Source: a virus (Duplodnaviria > Caudoviricetes). From it: a stretch of DNA of 64,000 nt. The translations under genes and the position numbers were made by a program. Location of the stretch: positions 96,001-160,000 of the IMG/VR virus record IMGVR_UViG_3300028833_000057; one strand, 5' to 3'. Positions 1 through 8,845 of the stretch are shown one piece after another. The notes under the pieces are model-generated. The model did no database searches. It was not told where the DNA came from and was given only the letters and a program-made list of their open reading frames with translations. The first letter of the stretch is position 1, and the number at the start of each line of letters is the position of its first letter.

Positions 1-98
1 TGGTTTTCTGCTTGTTTCATTTTTATCTACCTTTGTAAAGCATAATGTTAAACATAGGTTAATATACAAATCAAAAAGAAAGCCCCGAAGGGCTTTAT

Positions 99-686
99 CT
101 ATTTATTGAGGGCACCTGCAATAATTGCATCAAAGAATTTTTCAGCTACTGCTATTCGTTCCATAGTGAATTTATTAAATTCATTCCTTCCGCCATGACA
201 ATGGACTCCGGGGAAGAGATTAATGAATGAAACATCCGGCTTCATTTTATTCAAAGTCTTAAGCGGATTCATTGGCTTAATTACTTTTGTGTCAATCGTT
301 CTAATTTGTGTATGCGAAAGGAAAATATCGTCATATTTTCCACTAAATCGGTCTCGCATATAGCCGCTTGTAAGATCTGATGCTGCAGCATTCTGCTTTA
401 GAAATTCCAGAATAAATGGCATATACCTCTTTCCACTGATTTGTCCTTGAATGTCATAGAGGTCGTTATATCGTGTGTCTCTGCCGAAGTTCATTTGAAG
501 AAATTCTTTCTTAGGTTTATCATTAGCAAGCATATAAGTCTTTACGCTGTCACAATCATAGTGCCATGAGTACTTCTTATAGAAAGTAAATCCGGCATTC
601 TTACAGGCTTCCTCGTCATCTAGGAATGTAAAGAACTTGACTAGGATGTTCTTTACCGCTTGGCATTCATTATCGAAATTAGACAT
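99..686 (-). CDS. Hypothetical early protein
   Basis: 195-aa ORF, AAAGGAG SD, TATATTA motif at ~715-726, terminator hairpin at 78-96. Confidence 0.8.
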   Translation of the reverse strand: MSNFDNECQAVKNILVKFFTFLDDEEACKNAGFTFYKKYSWHYDCDSVKTYMLANDKPKKEFLQMNFGRDTRYNDLYDIQGQISGKRYMPFILEFLKQNAAASDLTSGYMRDRFSGKYDDIFLSHTQIRTIDTKVIKPMNPLKTLNKMKPDVSFINLFPGVHCHGGRNEFNKFTMERIAVAEKFFDAIIAGALNK

Positions 687-763
687 GATTCTCCTTTGTT
701 GATTAAATGAATCATAATATAATATACAAAAAAAAAGGTCTACCTGAAAGTAGACCTAAACTC

Positions 764-1105
764 TTAGCCATTATCAGGCGGAAGCTCATAAAGCGTTCCG
801 TCCTCTCTGGCCTCAACAAATTTCTCTCTTTTGGCTATATACGTAGCCGGATCATAGTTTACGATATCTTTGGGTACTTTTGTCATGTCTATTGTAAACG
901 GATTCTTTAATGCTTCTATGATTTCAGAGCAGTTAACTTCAACGATATTTTCATCATTATAGTATGTAAAATCTTTTTCTAATCGATTTCTTCCGTTGAA
1001 TTCTTCGAACTTTCTCAAAAGAAGTTTTCTGTTTTCTTCTGTGACAAATCCGCATAACGGAAATTTCATACTCTCGATATTATAAATGATTAGAAGTTTA
1101 TCCAT
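764..1105 (-). CDS. Hypothetical protein
   Basis: 113-aa ORF with AAGGAA SD and a downstream terminator (~728-757). Confidence 0.75.
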   Translation of the reverse strand: MDKLLIIYNIESMKFPLCGFVTEENRKLLLRKFEEFNGRNRLEKDFTYYNDENIVEVNCSEIIEALKNPFTIDMTKVPKDIVNYDPATYIAKREKFVEAREDGTLYELPPDNG

Positions 1106-1130
1106 TTGTGTTTCCTTTCTTTAGATATTC

Positions 1131-1368
1131 ATGGTACGAGGGAACACGGCTCCTAGCCCCTCGTACCTACGCAATTCCACCATCCGACGAACCGATAAAA
1201 GCCTTCCTCGCCGTAACTTCTCTACCTCCCGAAGGTGGTGTGTCTCCTGCGTACTTTGTAGCCCTAGTGCTGACTGACAGCTTCACGACTGAACCGTGTA
1301 GGTACGTCTTTGACGTTTTACTCGTTTGAAGTCGTGGGCGATCGTTACTTCGCCGAATAAGAGGGCAT
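1131..1368 (-). ncRNA. Candidate structured ncRNA 1 (~240 nt, pseudoknotted)
   Basis: GC-rich intergenic island. Helices 1133-1142/1158-1167, 1168-1173/1248-1253, 1177-1181/1234-1238, 1261-1265/1362-1366, 1284-1290/1330-1336, 1337-1341/1350-1354; loop 1144-1151 complementary to 1292-1299. Confidence 0.65.
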
Positions 1369-1374
1369 TTATAA

Positions 1375-2793
1375 TTATCTATTAGCTTTATGAAATTTTC
1401 TTACACATGCTTGAATATCGTTGATTGTAGAATCATCGACATGGCATACACTAGGCTGTTGTAATCTTTTATAATCATATCTATCAAGATTTACAGTAGC
1501 TATCTTTTCTCCTTTATAGAAGATATCAACTTCTGGATCTATATAATCATCGTCAATATAGCAATCATCATTCCAGTCATCATCAGCTTCACATTTATTG
1601 TCTCGCATAATAATGCGAGTATCTCCATTTCCTTCAATGTCTTCATAAATATAGAATCTAACATATTCATCCGATCCATATCGTACATGATCTTTTTTAA
1701 CTAAAATCCCACCTATTCTCTTTGTTGAAATCTTGTGGAAATCATACTTATGTCTTGTTTTGTACGCGGTTACTGAATCTTTATACTCTTGAATAGAATC
1801 TGCTATTTCTTTTATTCTTTCTTTGTATATTTCAATAAGACTTTCGCATGAATATCTTTTAAGATTATCATCAAGATAGGCTTTCATTTTTCTTTCAGTT
1901 TCTTTAATCTGTTTAGCAAATGGTAATATTGTATTATAACATTTCTTATATGCTTTTACAGAATCTTTATATGCCTGAATAGAATCCTGTTTGTACTGAA
2001 TTATTTCTCTATATTTATTTTCTATCCAATCACATCTTGTATATCTATCAAAGGTTAGATAAAGGTATTCCTTAAAATCTTTTTCTTTTTCATTTGTTTT
2101 CTTTGACAATGGACGGACTCTTGTAAAACATTCTTCTAATTCTATTATAGAATCTCTAGTCCACGCCACAGAGTCGTTATATACCTGAATGGAATCTCGA
2201 ATTTCCTTTATTCTAGTTTTATATGCTTCTGCAATACTTTCACAAGAAAATCTTTTATTCTCTTTAAGATAAGTTCTCATATCTTCTTCAGATTCGTTTA
2301 TCTTTTTAGCTAAAGGTAAGATCCAATGATAGCATTCCACAGAGTCGTTATATGCCTGAATGGAATCTCGAATATATGAATCTCGAATCTCTTTTATTCT
2401 AGTTTCATAAGCTAAAATTGAATCTTTATATGCTTTGATGGAGTCTTCAACTAGAATTGTATGAATAGAATCTGCTATTTCTTTTATTCTTTCTTTATCA
2501 GAGCATTTAATATACGCGTACTCATCATTTATTTCGACGAAAATAGTTCCATCTGGAAAACATTCACCAAGATGTTTAGTAGTACAACATTCATGTTCTT
2601 TTCCAAAAGAATAATAGTCTTTTGAATAATACTCAATATCATTTGTAGAACATCCTGTCCATTCGTGAAGAGTTTCAGACCATTCACAAGTAGAATTAGA
2701 TGAAGCTTCAAAATCTTCAGGATGACGGTCTAATAATAAGGCCGGAACACACCCTATTTGCAAGATACTTAAAAGAAATACAAGTTTCCTCAT
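1375..2793 (-). CDS. Putative lipoprotein/exported protein with internal repeats and many DSI/DSV motifs
   Basis: N-terminus MRKLVFLLSILQIG-C is lipobox-like; three Cys-flanked repeats; TATATTAC at 2835-2842. Confidence 0.75.
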   Translation of the reverse strand: MRKLVFLLSILQIGCVPALLLDRHPEDFEASSNSTCEWSETLHEWTGCSTNDIEYYSKDYYSFGKEHECCTTKHLGECFPDGTIFVEINDEYAYIKCSDKERIKEIADSIHTILVEDSIKAYKDSILAYETRIKEIRDSYIRDSIQAYNDSVECYHWILPLAKKINESEEDMRTYLKENKRFSCESIAEAYKTRIKEIRDSIQVYNDSVAWTRDSIIELEECFTRVRPLSKKTNEKEKDFKEYLYLTFDRYTRCDWIENKYREIIQYKQDSIQAYKDSVKAYKKCYNTILPFAKQIKETERKMKAYLDDNLKRYSCESLIEIYKERIKEIADSIQEYKDSVTAYKTRHKYDFHKISTKRIGGILVKKDHVRYGSDEYVRFYIYEDIEGNGDTRIIMRDNKCEADDDWNDDCYIDDDYIDPEVDIFYKGEKIATVNLDRYDYKRLQQPSVCHVDDSTINDIQACVRKFHKANR

Positions 2794-2834
2794 TATAAGT
2801 TTCTTCCTTTATTTATGGTTGAATTATATGCTTT

Positions 2835-2842
2835 GTAATATA
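2835..2842 (-). promoter_or_regulatory. Early-type promoter motif TATATTA(C/A/T), representative of ~25 copies
   Basis: Exact TATATTAC here (phiKZ early consensus); also at 59-66, 7125, 8790, 14302, 26277, 34958, 38226, 42011, 51500 (minus) and 45992, 48887 (plus). Confidence 0.75.
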
Positions 2843-2891
2843 CAAATCAAAGAATAAAAGACTTATCTGAAATTAGGTATTAAATTTAAGA

Positions 2892-3212
2892 TTAATGAAT
2901 ACTTTGTAAATTAAAACATCCCGGATATTGCTTATCAAGAAATTTCCTTAGTCCTTTAAAATTTCTTATTCCAAAAGTCATAGCATCTTTTTCTAAATTA
3001 AAATGCCCAGCAAGATAAGACACCGCTAAAGTATGTTTTGCCTCATCAATAGATGAATGAGTCTCTGCTCTTAAGGCATTTATATGATAATCCAAGAAAG
3101 CTTCATATTGCTCTTTCTCTCTTTTAAATTCAAGGCAAATTTTTATAAATTCTATAATTAATGTAAATGTAGTTATAATTAATGTAAATACAGCAATCAT
3201 ATTAATCTCCAT
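2892..3212 (-). CDS. Hypothetical membrane protein
   Basis: 106 aa with an N-terminal hydrophobic helix. Confidence 0.65.
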   Translation of the reverse strand: MEINMIAVFTLIITTFTLIIEFIKICLEFKREKEQYEAFLDYHINALRAETHSSIDEAKHTLAVSYLAGHFNLEKDAMTFGIRNFKGLRKFLDKQYPGCFNLQSIH

Positions 3213-3221
3213 TTGGTTTAA

Positions 3222-3353
3222 CTAATCACACTCCACAATACTAGCAACTTGCCCGAAATATTCCGATAAGTATTTATCATATACCTGCTGAACCAAAGAT
3301 TCCTTATCGGAATATTCTGGATCAATATTTCTCATTTCTGATTTAAATGACAT
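3222..3353 (-). CDS. Small hypothetical protein (43 aa, not in ORF track)
   Basis: MSFKSEMRNIDPEY...VECD*, AGAGGT SD, TATATTA upstream. Confidence 0.6.
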   Translation of the reverse strand: MSFKSEMRNIDPEYSDKESLVQQVYDKYLSEYFGQVASIVECD

Positions 3354-3420
3354 AATAACCTCTTATATTTGAGTTCATTTTATAATATATTATGCAAATT
3401 TAAAAAAAATAAAAGGCATC

Positions 3421-3555
3421 CTAAGATACCTTATACTTATTATAATATTCAGCTTCCCTAGCTATGTCATCATCCAACTCAGTCATAGCATCTCGAATAT
3501 TTTTTCTGATATCTATTTTTTTAGAATGCTTAGTGGGTTTATTATTCTTTGGCAT
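3421..3555 (-). CDS. Small hypothetical protein (44 aa, not in ORF track)
   Basis: MPKNNKPTKHSKK...KYKVS*, AAGGAGGT SD, TATATTAA upstream. Confidence 0.6.
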   Translation of the reverse strand: MPKNNKPTKHSKKIDIRKNIRDAMTELDDDIAREAEYYNKYKVS

Positions 3556-3649
3556 GGATACCTCCTTTTTAAGATTTCATAGCTTAATATAAATGAGTAG
3601 ATATAATCTTTACGGAAAAATAAAAGGCATCATAAAGATGCCTTATTTA

Positions 3650-3931
3650 TTATACCATGTATGATTCATAATCTGCACGACCTTCGGATCGAATTCTAGC
3701 TTCAGTGCTAGATGCCGATGCAGATGCACTTAATCCACGACTTTGTTTCTTTTTCTTCTGTTTATTAGTCTTTTTTCTTTTTATTATTGCTTTAGCCAAA
3801 ACTTTCTTTCCAAAATCTATTAACTCTTGGTCAACACCCATGTCCGGGGTTATGACTTTCTTTGTTGATTTAGAATTTATTTTATTATCTTTCTTAGACT
3901 TTGCAGTAGTTGTCATTATTCCTCCCGACAT
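3650..3931 (-). CDS. Small Lys-rich hypothetical protein
   Basis: ORF in a tightly packed minus-strand operon; probable start at MTTT after GGAGGA. Confidence 0.65.
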   Translation of the reverse strand: MSGGIMTTTAKSKKDNKINSKSTKKVITPDMGVDQELIDFGKKVLAKAIIKRKKTNKQKKKKQSRGLSASASASSTEARIRSEGRADYESYMV

Positions 3932-4227
3932 TCTAGAGATACTGGATATGGGAAATTTTCCAATGCACCACCACCAGAATGTGCTCCCGGATGAGGTACA
4001 TGATAATTTTCATTGATGATCTTGCACTTGGTCTTCTTATTAGGAACCTGCATTTCAAGGCATGTAGCTGCTAAAGAACCGCCGCCAGCCTTATATCCAG
4101 CTTCCTTTTGTATCTGTTGCTTGGCAGATTCGCATTGTGCTAGAGTTCTAAATTGTAGGTCTGTATTTATGCCACCATGATAGCTATTAATTACCAATAC
4201 AAAGATTATTTTAAACATTATCTTCAT
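3916..4227 (-). CDS. Small exported hypothetical protein
   Basis: Hydrophobic N-terminus, F-x-T-x-x-x-C-E-x-A motif, paired Cys. Confidence 0.65.
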   Translation of the reverse strand: MKIMFKIIFVLVINSYHGGINTDLQFRTLAQCESAKQQIQKEAGYKAGGGSLAATCLEMQVPNKKTKCKIINENYHVPHPGAHSGGGALENFPYPVSLECREE

Positions 4228-4621
4228 CCTTTACTTTAAGATTAGGTAATCCGAATTCATAACCTATAACAAAATAGTTAAAATCTATATCTTCATGAAG
4301 TTCACGTAATTTTTTCACAAGTTCTGAAGAATAATAATTTTTAACTGTATCATCTAAGAATATTTCTCTTTTAACAATGTAACCATGCATTCCCTCCATA
4401 ACTTCTCGTAAAAGTTTAACGGGATTACTATAAAAGGTAGTATACATCCATGGTAAATACCGCCAATCTTTATGAGCAGCAGATTCTACTAGAGTAAAGC
4501 AACATGAGCCTTTGGTTATAATATCTTCTATAAGCCAAGGCTCATATTTCTCTAAGAATGCCTCCATCTGGTCTAAGCTTTTATGCTTTATAACCACTCG
4601 AAATTCATTAGCATTTATCAT
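4211..4621 (-). CDS. Hypothetical protein
   Basis: 136-aa ORF overlapping its neighbours in the operon. Confidence 0.7.
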   Translation of the reverse strand: MINANEFRVVIKHKSLDQMEAFLEKYEPWLIEDIITKGSCCFTLVESAAHKDWRYLPWMYTTFYSNPVKLLREVMEGMHGYIVKREIFLDDTVKNYYSSELVKKLRELHEDIDFNYFVIGYEFGLPNLKVKDEDNV

Positions 4622-4785
4622 ACTTCATTGCCTTTTCTTGCACTTGGACATGTCGTCTTAACTGGACATTTTGAGCATAAACCATTATTATAGTAATAAT
4701 AGCACATGACATTTTCCTTAACAAATCCTGGTGCAGTTTTTAGCATTTCAATGAAATCACGAACTTGATCTTCGGTAAATTTCAT
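4618..4785 (-). CDS. Small Cys-rich protein (55 aa, not in ORF track)
   Basis: MKFTEDQV...CSKCPVKTTC...EV*, ATGA overlap with the next gene. Confidence 0.6.
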   Translation of the reverse strand: MKFTEDQVRDFIEMLKTAPGFVKENVMCYYYYNNGLCSKCPVKTTCPSARKGNEV

Positions 4786-4797
4786 ACAACTACCACC

Positions 4798-5097
4798 TTA
4801 GTTAGCAGTTATTTTAAATAATCCTGAAGAATAATCATCATACTTATCATCACCAGATGATACTATCTTAGTCCTAAGTTCTTCCATGCACTTGATAAAT
4901 TCAGGTTCATATTCTTTATCAAAAGATACAATAACCGCAGTATAGCCTAGTTCACTATTAACAAAATCCTTCAGAAAGTTGACAGGAATTTTGTGCTGAA
5001 TAAAGATATCATCTGCCAAGTTATTCTTATTGTCTAAATAAGTATATTGAACTGTATCGCCTAATATTTCTTCATTTTTCATTTTTATGTAATTCAT
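4798..5097 (-). CDS. Hypothetical protein
   Basis: 99-aa ORF, AAGGA SD. Confidence 0.7.
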   Translation of the reverse strand: MNYIKMKNEEILGDTVQYTYLDNKNNLADDIFIQHKIPVNFLKDFVNSELGYTAVIVSFDKEYEPEFIKCMEELRTKIVSSGDDKYDDYSSGLFKITAN

Positions 5098-5107
5098 AAT
5101 TTATTCC

Positions 5108-5623
5108 TTAAAATTTAGTTGACTTACCATCAAACGTAAGCCATTGATCATCACCTTCATCTCGTTGCTCATAATCAATTTGATATATCTTACGACTATC
5201 AAAATCTACGATATATATCATTGTTGAAGAGTCACCTTCATCATCCATTAAGCCTTCATAGAATACAAGAATATTGAAAGCATCAAGATATTGCTTCTTA
5301 AATTTCTTATGGAACTTACTAATTTTATCGTAATCTACACGATCTTGTAAGAAATCGTCTTCATCATCTTCTGGATAGAAGATATCATTATCTGGATTCT
5401 TTAGGAAAGTCTTTCCACCAAGTAAAGTAATTAGTCTCTTAAAGACTTTATTATCGCCTTCAGATATCGTTAGAAGTTCATCTTTTTCTTCATCAAAAGT
5501 AAAGATTTGTTCACCATATACAGTAGTCTTATTTAGCAGAACTGTTCTTGCATCTTCTGGATTGTTTGTATCCTTAATCCATTCAGCTATAAAATTTACG
5601 TGCTTTTTGTATTTCGATTTCAT
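5108..5623 (-). CDS. Acidic hypothetical protein
   Basis: 171-aa ORF, SD and TATATTAA upstream. Confidence 0.75.
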   Translation of the reverse strand: MKSKYKKHVNFIAEWIKDTNNPEDARTVLLNKTTVYGEQIFTFDEEKDELLTISEGDNKVFKRLITLLGGKTFLKNPDNDIFYPEDDEDDFLQDRVDYDKISKFHKKFKKQYLDAFNILVFYEGLMDDEGDSSTMIYIVDFDSRKIYQIDYEQRDEGDDQWLTFDGKSTKF

Positions 5624-5717
5624 ATTATTTTCCCTTGTTAAAATATTTTAAATAATACCCAAGTATTAATATATAGAAAAAATAAAAAGGTATCATGGAG
5701 ATACCTATTTTATTTTC

Positions 5718-5924
5718 CTAATTTTCTTCAGCAACTTCAGCTAGAGCTTGTCTAGTGCAAATATTTATAAAACGATCTTCACTTCGCTTAGCTCTCTTGC
5801 GAACTTTCTTACATGCCTTGCGGACATATTTAGAAACTCCCTTAGATTCAAATGCTTCATAATGCCCTCGGGCTGCTGTCTTAAAAATATCAGGTGCCAG
5901 ACTGTGGCTGTTTGCTTTTGCCAT
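5718..5924 (-). CDS. Small basic hypothetical protein
   Basis: 68 aa, AAAGGA SD, terminator downstream. Confidence 0.65.
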   Translation of the reverse strand: MAKANSHSLAPDIFKTAARGHYEAFESKGVSKYVRKACKKVRKRAKRSEDRFINICTRQALAEVAEEN

Positions 5925-5937
5925 ATTTATATTTCCT

Positions 5938-6330
5938 TTAATTCCAAAGGTTAAAAAACCATTTATGAAACAAGCTCATAGCCTTGTCAACAATTTTCCA
6001 ATTTTCTTCAACTACAGCGCTATCCCAGTAAAAATGTTCTGGATAGATCTCAAATCCTTTAATCATTGCATCTAAGATTTCTTGCCATTCTGCAGAAGTA
6101 ATACTGCCGGGATGATCTCCCACTTGTTCAGCATGTTCTTTGAAAGCTTTTAAGCGAGGTGCTATAAATTTTGCAATAGTACAATCAAGACTCCAGAGTT
6201 CTGTATCATCAAAGCCTCTTGTAAGACGTTGAAGTTTCCATTCATCTGCTCTGTCATCAGTATCTTTACCTAAGGTAAAATTGACATTCTTAATTCCAAT
6301 CGGATCTATATTTTTTATATCTACAGCCAT
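5938..6330 (-). CDS. Phage hypothetical protein (D-x-x-L-W-S-L-D type)
   Basis: GFDDTELWSLDCTIAKFIAPRLKAF...FFNLW pattern resembles a recurrent uncharacterised phage family. Confidence 0.7.
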   Translation of the reverse strand: MAVDIKNIDPIGIKNVNFTLGKDTDDRADEWKLQRLTRGFDDTELWSLDCTIAKFIAPRLKAFKEHAEQVGDHPGSITSAEWQEILDAMIKGFEIYPEHFYWDSAVVEENWKIVDKAMSLFHKWFFNLWN

Positions 6331-6453
6331 TATATTATCTCTCCTATAGTTAGAGTTATCTATATTTTAATATAAATATTGATAGATAAAATTTTCGAAA
6401 AAAAAATGAGTATAAAAGTTTAATCTTTTATACCCACTGTCTAAGTTGCATTT

Positions 6454-6798
6454 TTATAGTTTTAGTTTATCTATATTTTTCAATAATATTTCACAAGCAA
6501 TAGCTCGATTGAAATAAGCTTGCTCTTGTTGGCAATCTTCAAAATGCGATTTAAGAGCTTCTATAACCTTATCCTTAATATTTCTTTGCATAAGCTTTTC
6601 TGACATCAAAGTTTTTAAGGCTAACCTCATCTTATGCATAGGAATATTCGCTATGCAATCTTTCAATTTACCATTATCTACAATTGTTAAAAGAATAGTT
6701 CTAAAAGGCATTGTCTTATAATCCTTGAAAATAGTATCTCTATTTTCTTTAATAATAGGTGCTATGCCTTCACGAAATACATCAATCGGTTTTATCAT
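6454..6798 (-). CDS. Hypothetical early protein
   Basis: AAAGGAG SD, TATATTAA upstream, terminator downstream. Confidence 0.75.
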   Translation of the reverse strand: MIKPIDVFREGIAPIIKENRDTIFKDYKTMPFRTILLTIVDNGKLKDCIANIPMHKMRLALKTLMSEKLMQRNIKDKVIEALKSHFEDCQQEQAYFNRAIACEILLKNIDKLKL

Positions 6799-6865
6799 AT
6801 ATCTCCTTTGTTAATGCACACTAATTAATATAATAACGGATTATAGACATTTTAAGAAAAAAAAA

Positions 6866-7112
6866 ATGGCGCAGGTTATGTGCTTTTCCTACGCCTTGCC
6901 AGTTCCCTCCTCCACTGTTTGCAACCAGCTTTAGAACCTACTTAGTATATGTGCACTTCTACCAAGTGGATGGCTCCATGTTATAGTAATAACTGTCTCC
7001 ACTATTGTGGTTAATTGACTCTCTCCCTTGGGGGGTTCTTCCGAGGTCAAAAGCAGTAGGATTTACCCCCAAGGATAAGGGCTACTCCAAATGTACTATC
7101 TTTCCATCATAT
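6866..7112 (-). ncRNA. Candidate structured ncRNA 2 (~245 nt, pseudoknotted)
   Basis: Promoter motif 7125-7132; helices 6868-6875/6888-6895 (G-U only on the minus strand), 7026-7034/7066-7074, 6969-6973/7104-7108; loop 6881-6887 complementary to 7049-7055; ends in a U-tract. Confidence 0.65.
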
Positions 7113-7137
7113 TACCTTCTCTTTTTAATATATGAAA

Positions 7138-7488
7138 TTATTTCTTTTCTCTACGATTCTTATATTCTTCAATAATCTTTAGTAATTTTTCTTCAGTACT
7201 GAACGGAACTTTTGTAGGATTCAAGCTTCTACAACTATGTTCATCAATCATATCTGGTTCCCATTTATCAAGAATAAAACCGGGGCGACCTGTTTTATAC
7301 CTGATATTTGCTGGAAGATTAAAATCTCCGTCACCTAAATACCACCAACGTTCTTTTAGAAAGAATGATCCTTTATTCCATTCTGCAGTTTCTGCATTTA
7401 TAGTCTTAAGACGAATGTCCTTTCTCTTAAAGCCATTCTGTTTTAAAATTCTGTCTGCGAGCTGCCATGTAAGTCTTTTATTTGCCAT
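7138..7488 (-). CDS. Hypothetical protein
   Basis: 116-aa ORF in operon. Confidence 0.7.
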   Translation of the reverse strand: MANKRLTWQLADRILKQNGFKRKDIRLKTINAETAEWNKGSFFLKERWWYLGDGDFNLPANIRYKTGRPGFILDKWEPDMIDEHSCRSLNPTKVPFSTEEKLLKIIEEYKNRREKK

Positions 7489-7489
7489 T

Positions 7490-7981
7490 TTAGTATCCTA
7501 CCTTTTTTCGTACAAAGGATATAACATCACCAACAGTCCTATCAGAATTCTGACTTGTTATTTCTGCTATATTCACTTCTTCGTCTGTAATTTCAATTTG
7601 GAATTCATCTTCTAATTTCATTACAAGTTCGATTGCATCTAGAGAATCCATTCCTAAACAACTGCCAAGAGTTGTAAGTTCATTTATTTCTCCACCATAA
7701 TCTACAATCTCATGTATAATTCTATACACTTTAGAAGGAATAGTATCATCTTCCTTTTTAGGTGCATCAATTTCTGCATCAAACGTTGTCTCAGGATCAT
7801 CATGAACCCCAAGAGGTTCAATATTCTCACAATCCTTTAATTCAACATTTGGCAAAATATCTATCTGAAAAGTATCTTTAGTCTTCATATGTGTCGCTAC
7901 AATAGAAGATACTTGCTTAAGAAGTACCAAGAGATCTTTCTTATCTATGTCTTCAGTAATCTTTAACAATACCTGATACAT
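7490..7981 (-). CDS. acpP: Acyl carrier protein domain with N-terminal extension
   Basis: LGMDSLDAIELVMKLEDEFQIEITDEE...TVGDVISFV is the canonical ACP phosphopantetheine-attachment region. Confidence 0.85.
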   Translation of the reverse strand: MYQVLLKITEDIDKKDLLVLLKQVSSIVATHMKTKDTFQIDILPNVELKDCENIEPLGVHDDPETTFDAEIDAPKKEDDTIPSKVYRIIHEIVDYGGEINELTTLGSCLGMDSLDAIELVMKLEDEFQIEITDEEVNIAEITSQNSDRTVGDVISFVRKKVGY

Positions 7982-7991
7982 ATTTCCTCAC

Positions 7992-8363
7992 TTAGATTTC
8001 TATGAAGAATTTAATGTCTGGAGGCATTTTCTTCTTTTCAATCTTTGCAGCTTTCACTTTGACATTATTATTTTCCATAGCTGTACAGAGTGTACGGGCA
8101 TATGAATCCACATAATCGCTAGATAAAGACTTTATCAGTTCATCAGCGGAGTCTAAACCAAATCCACCACTTTCACTGGTAATGGTAATTTCAAATCCTG
8201 TAATTTTAGCATTCCTGCAACTAAAAGTTGCTGCTGTCTGTGCTCTTGTAGTAATAGAATTCTTAATACCAATTACAGCACCAATAACATATGGTGCTCT
8301 TGAATTTGCATCGCTTACTGCATGCTTTTTAACTTCTTCAGACATTTCTTCTCTGGTCTTCAT
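7992..8363 (-). CDS. Hypothetical protein
   Basis: 123-aa ORF, GAGGA SD. Confidence 0.7.
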   Translation of the reverse strand: MKTREEMSEEVKKHAVSDANSRAPYVIGAVIGIKNSITTRAQTAATFSCRNAKITGFEITITSESGGFGLDSADELIKSLSSDYVDSYARTLCTAMENNNVKVKAAKIEKKKMPPDIKFFIEI

Positions 8364-8381
8364 AGTTTCCTCTATAGAAGG

Positions 8382-8762
8382 TTAGATCCAATGATTCTTT
8401 TCAGCATCTTCTTTATCTTTAAATTCTCTTACATTAATTGATATGCACTCAGTAAGTGCTAGCATAGTTTCTGCAATAACAGAAAATCCAAAACTTTCAC
8501 AAAGTGCTAATAGTAATTCATTTGCAGTCTTAAAATAAATATCTTCTTCATCTTTTTCTTTAGTTTCACCTTCATCTTTATAATCGATATGCAGATGATA
8601 TGTATCTGGTTCATTAGTGTTTTCATTAAATTCTACAGAATAGTCATCTATAGATAAACCAGCTAGCGAATCACTCACGATATTATCAATAATCTCTTCA
8701 GCAAATTCTTTAAGATCACGATTAAATTCAGGCTTCGTATGTAGCTCTAATTGTGTATACAT
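8382..8762 (-). CDS. Acidic hypothetical protein
   Basis: 126 aa, AAGGA SD, TATATTAA at 8790-8797. Confidence 0.75.
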   Translation of the reverse strand: MYTQLELHTKPEFNRDLKEFAEEIIDNIVSDSLAGLSIDDYSVEFNENTNEPDTYHLHIDYKDEGETKEKDEEDIYFKTANELLLALCESFGFSVIAETMLALTECISINVREFKDKEDAEKNHWI

Positions 8763-8845
8763 ATCTATTCCTTTTGTTAAAGCTATAATTTAATATAATA
8801 AAGTATCTAAAAAAAAAATATCTCTCTAGATGAGAGATATTCATT

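Noticed and set aside
1144-1299. GAGCCG/CGGUUC resemblance to group II intron domain V
   Set aside because: The two strands are in reverse order and far apart; no RT/maturase or split gene nearby
1108-1329. 73-aa plus-strand ORF over RNA1
   Set aside because: GTG start without SD, opposite to all neighbours; better explained by the GC-rich structured element
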